This document shows positions 10,701-16,789 of a stretch of 26,644 nt of DNA, one piece after another. The translations under genes were made by a program, and so were the position numbers. The DNA comes from Gemmatimonadota bacterium (GTDB lineage: Bacteria; Gemmatimonadota; Gemmatimonadetes; Gemmatimonadales; GWC2-71-9), in the NCBI GenBank assembly GCA_039586365.1, contig JBDHKN010000104.1, positions 1 to 26,644 of the forward strand. The letters are read 5' to 3'. The notes below the pieces were generated by a model that saw only the letters and a program-made list of their open reading frames with translations, did not search any database and had not been told where the DNA came from. The stretch's first letter is position 1, and each line of letters starts with the position of its first letter.

Positions 10701-10924
10701 TCGTGGCCCTCGAAGCCAACCGCTCTTCGGCGGGCCGGGCCATGCACACACCTGTGCACCGTCGCTTGGGCGAACTGTGCGAAGAGCGTGGTGACCGCGA
10801 GAAGGCAGTCGAGTACTACGCCAGGTTCGTCGAGCTGTGGAAGGATGCCGATCCCGAGCTACAGCCACTTGTTGAAGACGTGAGGCGCCGGATAGCCCGG
10901 TTGGTGGGAGAGCCGCGAGAGTAG
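7751..10924 (+). CDS. Membrane-anchored Ser/Thr protein kinase (kinase, about 3 TM helices, TolB-N-like domain, TPR repeats)
   Basis: LGSGGMATVY, VAVK, HRDIKPDN, DFG, GTPAYMSPEQ; hydrophobic segments about aa 310-410; LILTDFENATGD; C-terminal YARFVELWKDADPELQP. Confidence 0.95.
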   Translation: MADILDRLKAALADRYRIERELGSGGMATVYLAQDLKHERQVAVKVLRPELAAALGPERFHQEIKIAANLTHPHILPLHDSGDADGFLYYVMPHIEGESLRGRLAHQGELPIGEAVRILRDVVDALDHAHKHGVVHRDIKPDNVMLSERHALVTDFGVAKAVSEATGAQKLTTEGVALGTPAYMSPEQAAADKHIDHRADIYAVGALAYELLAGRPPFIGTTPQEVLAAHVTQAVEPVTKYREKVPPALEQLVMRCLEKKPADRWQSAEELLPQLEALTTPSGGITPTGTQPLAATDYEAMARRARPARVAVLFGLGSVALLAVVYGLVMLLGLPDWVFVTAVALIVVALPVILLTGRHERQRALARTTGAAVTTPAGGLRRWLRWRRAFVISALAFAGLGLVTAVYMTMRVLGIRPVGTLVTSGVLDQQERLILTDFENATGDPRMGETITELLRIDLAQSPIISVLEPRQVGDVLERMQRDQLEPLTEDLARNVATREGIKVYVAGDIHPVGDGFVISARLIAAGSGDALVVARETADGPSELIVAVDRLSATLRERIGESLRSVRADPPLARVTTSSIEALRLYSQARRVADQGDYDRAIALLEEATNLDSTFAMAHRRLGAYYGNRGDFQSEARGREALRRAYALRDRLSDRERYLVEGMYARNVALDDEKAVTAYLALLEKYPLDPTGLNNVYVSYSALGRTDEADEALRRAIAADVAPVISYTNLIADRLWAGDVREADSVLQLLEERFPGSLEIPRRASNVALARHDWEMAEARARELLNASPNQQQWAHSRLAEVAQVHGQMARASQERRERFRIGAQRVGMSVEERDLRMEFDDLGRQLTYALDPTALAPRLDRIWERFRAMTADREPAQRGYGDFIPAFARAGRPVAASELLAEYRAALSEQERADLLTRSSLLRYEGQVALADGRPEDAVGLFRQSCDLVRGMVALCEANPELGEAYERAGNADSALAVYERFVALEANRSSAGRAMHTPVHRRLGELCEERGDREKAVEYYARFVELWKDADPELQPLVEDVRRRIARLVGEPRE

Positions 10925-10938
10925 AACCGAACCTTCCG

Positions 10939-11523
10939 ATGACCGATCTCCTCGACCGCCTCAAGGCCGCCCTCGCCGACGGCTACACCATCGAGCGTGA
11001 ACTCGGTAGCGGTGGGATGGCTACTGTCTACCTGGCGCAGGACCTGAAGCACGACCGTCAGGTGGCCGTCAAAGTCCTTCGTCCCGAGCTGGCAGCCGCG
11101 TTGGGTTCGGAGCGGTTCTTCCGTGAGATAAGGATCACGGCAAACCTGAGCCATCCTCACATACTCCCTCTCCTCGATTCCGGTGAAGCTGACAACTTCT
11201 TGTACTACGTAATGCCCGTGGTCGAAGGTGATTCCCTTCGTAACAGGCTGAGCCGCGAGAAGCAGCTCTCGGTAGACGAAGCTCTGAAAATCACGAGTCA
11301 GGTCGCAAGCGCGCTGTCCTATGCGCATTCCCATGACATAGTCCACCGCGACATCAAGCCGGAGAACGTCCTGTTCCAGGCAGGTGAAGTAGTTGTGGCC
11401 GACTTCGGGATAGCGTTGGCGGCTGAGGGAGCGGCTGGCTCACCCAAGCTGGATGGGGTCTCTGGCATCCCTACCGGCGAAAGTGGGCTACTGAACGCAA
11501 GCATTACTCGGTCAAGGACGTAG
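10939..11523 (+). pseudogene. Truncated Ser/Thr kinase (subdomains I-VII only) fused to integrase remnant
   Basis: Matches the paralogs through HRDIKPEN and DFGIALA (about 11420), then lacks the GTPxYMSPE segment and C-lobe; remainder is integrase-derived. Confidence 0.9.
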
Positions 11524-11645
11524 CAGCCGCTGGTGGGTGGAAGGACCACGAGACGATCCTGCGTTGCTACCAACAACCCGATGCGGAGACGATGCTTGCG
11601 GTGATGAAAGAGCCTAGGAAGGTCCGTGACGGAACTGTGGGCTGA
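11419..11645 (+). pseudogene. Tyrosine recombinase/integrase C-terminal fragment (frameshifted)
   Basis: AEGAAGSPKLDG in the kinase frame, then from 11457 GLWHPYRRKWATERKHYSVKDVAAAGGWKDHETILRCYQQPDAETMLAVMKEPRKVRDGTVG*: HxxR, GGW (H/W position) and catalytic Tyr; points toward a tRNA 3' fragment. Confidence 0.85.
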
Positions 11646-11650
11646 GAACC

Positions 11651-11669
11651 TACCCCAGTTGTTACCCCA
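11651..11669 (+). repeat. TACCCCA direct repeat pair, candidate integrase arm-type sites
   Basis: TACCCCA at 11651 and 11663, between the integrase stop and the tRNA fragment. Confidence 0.5.
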
Positions 11670-11687
11670 CTCCGGGTGAGCACGGCA

Positions 11688-11725
11688 AAGGCCTGAGCCT
11701 GTAGTTTCCTACAGGCTCAAGCCTT
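11688..11725 (-). terminator. Strong hairpin downstream of the tRNA-Pro fragment (possibly bidirectional terminator)
   Basis: AAGGCCTGAGCCTGTAG-TTTC-CTACAGGCTCAAGCCTT; 17-bp stem, GAAA loop on the minus strand. Confidence 0.75.
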
Positions 11726-11730
11726 ACCAA

Positions 11731-11771
11731 GTCGGGACGGCGGGATTTGAACCCGCGACCCCCTGAACCCC
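11731..11771 (-). pseudogene. 3' half of tRNA-Pro(GGG); att-site duplication
   Basis: Minus strand parses as GGG GT TCAGG GGGTC GCGGG TTCAAAT CCCGC CGTCCCG A C; starts at the anticodon, no D-arm or 5' acceptor strand upstream. Confidence 0.9.
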
Positions 11772-11853
11772 GCTTAGGCCCCTCGCGCTAATGCCTTCCT
11801 TCGTAGTGCCTTAGGTAGTCTGAGAGGTACTCCGCGACACTAGTGTTCGCAAA

Positions 11854-11890
11854 CTTTTGATCCGTAGGTCGTGGGTTCTAGACCCACCGC
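11854..11890 (+). pseudogene. Degenerate 3' half of tRNA-Lys(UUU)-like gene; att-site remnant
   Basis: CT TTT GA TCCGT AGGTC GTGGG TTCTAGA CCCAC CGC; intact T-stem, mutated T-loop, acceptor strand lost. Confidence 0.65.
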
Positions 11891-12026
11891 CGTCCGGCGA
11901 GTACGACGGGGCGACGTGACGCGCGTCGTCCGGGCTAACCGGAGTAACACTGGGCAGTCCCGAGGCGCTGCCGGCACACGCTGCGGCGACGAGGCTCGCA
12001 ATGACTTCGATCCGTTTCCTGCGCAT
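11888..12026 (-). pseudogene. 5' fragment of a lipoprotein with a PD40/TolB-like propeller repeat
   Basis: AGGAGG RBS, MRRKRIEVIASLVAAAC lipobox, then APSYSPDG; runs directly into the tRNA-Lys remnant. Confidence 0.6.
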
Positions 12027-12085
12027 AGGCCCCTCCTGATCTAGGTGTGGCGATCGCATCGCGCGCTCCAGCGCCGAAGCGTGGA

Positions 12086-12205
12086 CAGGGCTCCAGCAAT
12101 GCCATTGATGAGGTTGACTTGAACAGCAGCCTCGTTGGACGAAGACCAGGTGACAAAGACGCCGGCGACCTCGTTGTCATTGGCGTCAGTGGCCTGGGCA
12201 GTAGC
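12086..12205 (-). pseudogene. Bacterial Ig-like (Big_2-type) domain fragment
   Basis: ATAQATDANDNEVAGVFVTWSSSNEAAVQVNLINGIA resembles the D..GN...VTWSSSN..VA.V..G pattern. Confidence 0.6.
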
Positions 12206-12378
12206 TTCAGCACATCCAGCCGATCTTACTTGGTGCGCCGAGCCCGGCGGTTCACCTCGATGCTCGATGCATCCACCACGTAGTTCGTGATCCCTTCCTG
12301 CTCCAGATGACGATGCAGCCAAAAACCATCCCGGCCAGCTTCATAGCAGCTAACTACACGCACCGTGTCCATCAACCC
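12199..12378 (-). mobile_element. IS110-family transposase internal fragment (DEDD domain) with in-frame stop
   Basis: RVVSCYEAGRDGFWLHRHLEQEGITNYVVDASSIEVNRRARRTK*DRLDVLKLL read from 12360; TAA at 12228-12226 replaces the T of KTDxxD. Confidence 0.88.
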
Positions 12379-12380
12379 GA

Positions 12381-12458
12381 TGTGCCCCGAATGTGCGCGG
12401 GTTGGCGTGCACCAGTGTCACGCAGTGACACGACTCTGCAGCCGTGAGCCGCGTCACG
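12381..12458 (+). repeat. Boundary repeat, part A (copy 1)
   Basis: 70/78 nt identical to 15881-15958; contains the palindrome GTGTCAC-GCA-GTGACAC. Confidence 0.95.
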
Positions 12459-12469
12459 GGGATTTCTCG

Positions 12470-12512
12470 GAACTGGGGCGTGAGAGCGGGTCTCCTTCCG
12501 ACGCTCCAGTTC
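12470..12512. terminator. Hairpin downstream of permease 1, possible terminator
   Basis: GAACTGGGGCGT...ACGCTCCAGTTC 12-bp inverted repeat with one mismatch; no clear U-tract. Confidence 0.35.
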
Positions 12513-12604
12513 GCGAACTCGAGTAGCTGCTTGCCAGCACATAGGGCGACGCGGATCGATCCCACGAGAGGACCGGAACCGAGTGACACATGCGCCGTTT
12601 CACG

Positions 12605-15313
12605 TCACTCATACCGCAACGCCTCTACCGGGTCCACTCGCGCGGCCCGGCAGGCAGGCACCAGAGCCCCGGCCAACACCATCCCGCCGACCGCTAGAGC
12701 CGCACCGAGCAGAGCTATGGGATCCTGGGGACTCACACCCAGCAGGAAGGTCCGGAGCACGACCCCGACGGCCAACGCCAGAACCGTTCCCGTGATCACC
12801 CCGGCGATGGTAAGCCGGAATGCTCCCAGCACGACCGAACGAAGTACTCGCGTGGACTCCGCTCCCAGGGCCATGCGGATGCCCATTTCCCGTCTTCGTT
12901 GCGCCACGGTGAACGCCATGACGCCGTATACGCCCATGGTGGAAAGCAGCAGCGCTACGATGCTCAGGCTCGAGGCGAGACTGCCGGCAATCCTCTGCGG
13001 GATGATCCCTATGCCGGTGAATTGCTCCAACTCGATCACCTGCGAAAGAGATATCCTCGGATCGAGGGCCCGGAGGCCGCCGTGTGTCCCCCCCACGATG
13101 AGTGCAGGGTCTGCCGAGGAACGTATCACGAGGTTGGTCTCGTCTCCGTAAGCCTGGGCCAGCGGCCGGTACAGCAGCGGTTCCGGATTCTCAGTCAGCA
13201 GTGCATTTGGCACATCGTCCACGACGCCCACTACAATGACATTGCCGCGTTGCGTGTCGATGCGGCGGCCCAGTGCGCTCTCTCCGGGCCATGCCTGCCG
13301 CGCAAATATGCGGCTCACTACTGCCACCTCTTCAGCGCCACTCCTGTCACCGTCCTCGAAACCCCTGCCCTCCACCAGGGCAATGCGAAGCGTAGAGAAG
13401 TACTCCGGCGAAACCGCATTGTACCGCGTGGACATGTACTCCCTGTCGGAGAGGCTCTCCCAACCCTCCGGTACGACCGCACTTCCGTAAGTACTCATGT
13501 CGAGGGGCAGGTCGATGGAGAGTGCGACAGACTCCACCCACGGCAAAGCGGAGAAGTACTCCAGGATATCATCCTGTAACGCGCTGCCGGACTCATCCGT
13601 GTAGCCCTCGGTAGTCAGGTCCAGAAAGGTCACGTAGGCGTCGGTGGCGTCAAACCCCTTCTCGATCTGTGTGGAGTGCTGCAACGCACGGAGCAGCAAC
13701 CCCGCGCTGGCCAGTAGAACCAGGGATGCCGCTACCTGTGCAGCAACGAATGTTCGGCGCAGCCGCCCCTCCGACGAGCGCGGTCGTGCCCCCTCGTTCT
13801 TGAGCGTACTGACGAGACTCAGTCCCAAGGCTTGGCGGGCGGGAAGCAAGCCGAAGATCAGACCGGTAACCAGGGCAAGCGCCAGCGCGAACACCAGCGC
13901 TCCGCCGCCCGATGAGATCTCGAGAGTGACGGGAAACGGTCCAGGAAGGGTGAGGGATGAGAGATATCCTAAAGCCCAGACGGCGAGCGCCACCCCGCCT
14001 ATCGCACCGACGAAGAACACGACTAGTGACTCCGTGAGTAGCTGCTGCAATAGCTGGCCGCGGCTTGAACCCATGGCGAGCTGGATCGCGATCTCTTTCT
14101 GCCGTGCCATGGATCGCGCCAGGAACATCCCGGCCACGTTGGCGCACGTGATGAGGAGCAACAGTACAGCGAAGCCCATCAGTATGGCCAAGAACGCCCC
14201 GGCATACCCCCGTGCCGGTGAGGGCAGGGCACCGTACGCTGTGACGCTGGCAGTACGCTCTGTGTTGGTCTCTGGGTAGGCGTCGGACAGGCGCTGAAAC
14301 ACTGTCGCGACCTCGATATCAGCATCGGCTACGGTCACACCGTCTTGCAGCAAGGCCAGAACCTGAAACCAGACGCCGTTCCTGTCTTCGAAGTAATTCC
14401 GCCCCTGGTTGAGCGACGGGTGCTGCACAAGGGGGACGTACACGTCGGGATTTCCGATCGAAGAATGGCTGCGGAAGTCCTGGGGCGCGATGCCGACCAC
14501 GGTGTAGGGCTGCCTGCTCAAGTACACTGTAGAGCCCACCACGTCCGGATCAGCTCCCCATCGGTTATGCCAGAAGGAGTGGCTCAGCACAGCCACCGGA
14601 TGAGCGCCGAGATCCCTGTCTTCTTCGGGGAGGAAGGTTCGGCCTTTGAGAGCGCGCACCCCGAGCACATCGAAGTAGTTGGCGGAGACCAGGAGACCGA
14701 GGGCGCGTTCTCCTGCATCCCCCCGACTCAAGGTGAGCATCTGATACTTATAACCCGCGATCTCCTTCAACCCGGTCGCTTGATCCCTTAGATCCAGGAA
14801 GTCGGGATAGTTGAGCTCTCTGAAGCCGACTCCGTTCCTGCCCGTCCAGATCTCCACCATTCGGTTGGCGTTGGGAACGCCACGCATCCCCTGAAACAGA
14901 AGTACGTTGGCGCCGCTGAAAATGACGGTGCTGGCACCTATGCCTACGCTCAGCGAGAGAACGGGAATGAGGAAGAACAGAGGACGCTTCCGGATGGACC
15001 GGCAGGTGAACCGAAGATTCCTGAAGAGGTGATCGAGCACCACAGATTCGGGTACGATCCCTGCCTTCCTGACAACTTGGCTCGAGCATGAGGGGCGAGC
15101 GCCGCTCCTGCGGCTCACGCCCTCCGCGAACCGATAAATGGCTAGTCTAAGCGGGACAGATAGAGTCTGACGCCAGAGCCACAGCCTCGCCTTTGCTGCT
15201 CCCAGACTCTCCCTGCGCCGCCGGTATCCCTCCTCCAGATCTCCCAGAACCTCTTCTCGGTCATTCCTCCTGAGGAGTCGTTGCACGACAGCCAGGATCA
15301 ACGGCGTTCTCAC
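12605..15313 (-). CDS. Duplicated MacB/FtsX-domain ABC permease (ADOP-like)
   Basis: EEVLGDLEE leader, SLSVGIGASTVIFS, LLITCANVAGMFLAR, R.REMGIRMALGA, PACRAARVDPVEALRYE; GTG start overlaps the padR stop (GTGA). Confidence 0.95.
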   Translation of the reverse strand: MRTPLILAVVQRLLRRNDREEVLGDLEEGYRRRRESLGAAKARLWLWRQTLSVPLRLAIYRFAEGVSRRSGARPSCSSQVVRKAGIVPESVVLDHLFRNLRFTCRSIRKRPLFFLIPVLSLSVGIGASTVIFSGANVLLFQGMRGVPNANRMVEIWTGRNGVGFRELNYPDFLDLRDQATGLKEIAGYKYQMLTLSRGDAGERALGLLVSANYFDVLGVRALKGRTFLPEEDRDLGAHPVAVLSHSFWHNRWGADPDVVGSTVYLSRQPYTVVGIAPQDFRSHSSIGNPDVYVPLVQHPSLNQGRNYFEDRNGVWFQVLALLQDGVTVADADIEVATVFQRLSDAYPETNTERTASVTAYGALPSPARGYAGAFLAILMGFAVLLLLITCANVAGMFLARSMARQKEIAIQLAMGSSRGQLLQQLLTESLVVFFVGAIGGVALAVWALGYLSSLTLPGPFPVTLEISSGGGALVFALALALVTGLIFGLLPARQALGLSLVSTLKNEGARPRSSEGRLRRTFVAAQVAASLVLLASAGLLLRALQHSTQIEKGFDATDAYVTFLDLTTEGYTDESGSALQDDILEYFSALPWVESVALSIDLPLDMSTYGSAVVPEGWESLSDREYMSTRYNAVSPEYFSTLRIALVEGRGFEDGDRSGAEEVAVVSRIFARQAWPGESALGRRIDTQRGNVIVVGVVDDVPNALLTENPEPLLYRPLAQAYGDETNLVIRSSADPALIVGGTHGGLRALDPRISLSQVIELEQFTGIGIIPQRIAGSLASSLSIVALLLSTMGVYGVMAFTVAQRRREMGIRMALGAESTRVLRSVVLGAFRLTIAGVITGTVLALAVGVVLRTFLLGVSPQDPIALLGAALAVGGMVLAGALVPACRAARVDPVEALRYE

Positions 15314-15642
15314 CCTTCACCCCCCAGCACCGGATCGAGCCCTTCCGACATGCTGATCCAAAGTTCCTGCGACCGGCGAAGCAGTCGGATGGCCTCGGGC
15401 TTGACGCGAAAGAACCTCTTGGCCCTCCCGCCACGCTCGGGGGTGGGATCTCCGAATGATGAGGAGAGAAGCCCCCGCCTCTCGAGACGGCGCAGGGCTA
15501 CGTAGAGGGTCCCGCTGGACGGTGTCTGACCGACCCGTCTTTCGATCTCGTCCAGGATAGGGGCCCCGTAACTCTCGCCCCCCAACTGGAGAATCGCTAA
15601 CAGAGCTACCTTCTCGAACTCACCCAGACTGTCACGGCCCAT
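15310..15642 (-). CDS. PadR-family transcriptional regulator
   Basis: LGEFEKVALLAIL, YGAPI, GTLYVALRRLE, PERGGRAKRFF; GGAGAGG RBS. Confidence 0.95.
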   Translation of the reverse strand: MGRDSLGEFEKVALLAILQLGGESYGAPILDEIERRVGQTPSSGTLYVALRRLERRGLLSSSFGDPTPERGGRAKRFFRVKPEAIRLLRRSQELWISMSEGLDPVLGGEG

Positions 15643-16021
15643 GGGTCCTCTCCAATTTTTATTGCACTGCAGGTTTAATTGACGGTACGGGAAATTGGCC
15701 GCACAGGTTTCACCGAGAATATCGACTGGAGTCTAGGCTGCGTCGTGGCCTCAGCTGCGTGCTGGTGTGTGGGTGCGTACGGCAAGACTTTGAGAGGGCG
15801 TGTCCCTAGCACCAAGCCACGGGCCAGTGGTCGCAGTCAGCTAGGGCTGGTGAGAGAACCAACGGTCCTAGCGACGCTCGTGTGCCTCGAATGTGCGCGG
15901 ACTGGGGTACACCAGTGTCACTCAGTGACACGACTCTGCAGCGTTGAGCCGCGTCACGACGTCATCTGATGTCATTTGGTGTACGTGGGTACCCATTTCG
16001 GGGGGAATCTTTGCGGGCCAA

Positions 16022-16112
16022 AAAATCCTCGTGTCGGCGGTGGACGCTGGACGCACCCTCCCCGCCGCAACCCCACTCGCGTCTGCTTCGCAACCAATTC
16101 CGTCCCTGGCCA
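16022..16112 (+). pseudogene. tRNA-Phe 3' half interrupted in the T-loop, copy 1
   Basis: AAAATCCTCGTGTCGGCGGT, 53-nt insert (16042-16094, includes a TGGACGC tandem duplication), CAATTCCGTCCCTGGCCA. Confidence 0.82.
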
Positions 16113-16117
16113 TCCCA

Positions 16118-16141
16118 AAAGCCCCGTTCTGACGGGGCTTT
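16118..16141. terminator. Intrinsic terminator-like hairpin after the tRNA-Phe fragment
   Basis: AAAGCCCCGT-TCTG-ACGGGGCTTT. Confidence 0.85.
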
Positions 16142-16379
16142 CGCCTGTGCGTGCGTTGACCTTCACTCACCGGCAGCCCTCTGCCTTGCAGTGGGCACTC
16201 TCCCATATTGGTGTCCGGACTCCCCGTCGCTGCTCCTAGATAGGTCGTACATTGTCCGCCATTGCGATACCGAACCGAAACAATCAGCTCCCCATCGGTG
16301 CAGCGCGCCCACGCGACCCAGGAAGCCAGACGTCAGTTTTGTAACTATTTGTGCTCGCCTACGTAGTAATACTCGGGGC

Positions 16380-16401
16380 GACGTAGGAGTACTCCTGCGT
16401 C
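16380..16401. promoter_or_regulatory. Palindrome upstream of padR2, candidate PadR operator
   Basis: GACGTAGGAGT|ACTCCTGCGTC, 11-bp arms with one mismatch, 40 nt before the GTG start. Confidence 0.5.
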
Positions 16402-16441
16402 AACATTAGTAGAACGACCTGCTTCCTCAATCGGACTCGCT

Positions 16442-16789
16442 GTGGATACTCGGCCCCTCTCAATCCCGGTCTTCCAGATCCTCGTGTCGCTCAGCGACCG
16501 CCAGCTCCACGGCTACGCGATGCTCCGCGACATCAAGAGTCGCACCGCGGGCCGCGTATCGCTCACTGCCAGCACGCTCTACTCTGCCGTGAACCGTTTG
16601 CTGGACGCCGGTTGGATTCGTGAGAGTGAAGACCGACCGGCGCCTGAGCTAGACGACGAGAGGCGCCGCTACTTCGCGATAACTCCGTCTGGACTGGAAG
16701 CGTTGCGCCATGAGTTGTGGCGCATGGATTGGATGCTCAGCACTGTCCGGGACAAAGGTATCGGGCCTCTGGCCCCCCGCGAGCAATGA
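16442..16789 (+). CDS. PadR-family transcriptional regulator
   Basis: PLSIPVFQILVSL, HGYAML, STLYSAVNRL, DDERRRYFAIT. Confidence 0.95.
   Translation: MDTRPLSIPVFQILVSLSDRQLHGYAMLRDIKSRTAGRVSLTASTLYSAVNRLLDAGWIRESEDRPAPELDDERRRYFAITPSGLEALRHELWRMDWMLSTVRDKGIGPLAPREQ

Larger units (their letters stand above)
15881..16183 (+). repeat. Full boundary element A+B (phased repeats, interrupted tRNA-Phe 3' half, terminator)
   Basis: 15881-15958 matches 12381-12458; 15955-16183 matches 19502-19755. Confidence 0.95.

Noticed and set aside
11731..11890. Functional full-length, split or permuted tRNA genes
   Set aside because: No D-arm or 5' acceptor halves found in the window; anticodon-loop starts fit att duplications better.
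16717..16785. Upstream start for permease 2
   Set aside because: Lies inside padR; ATG16786 gives the typical ATGA coupling.
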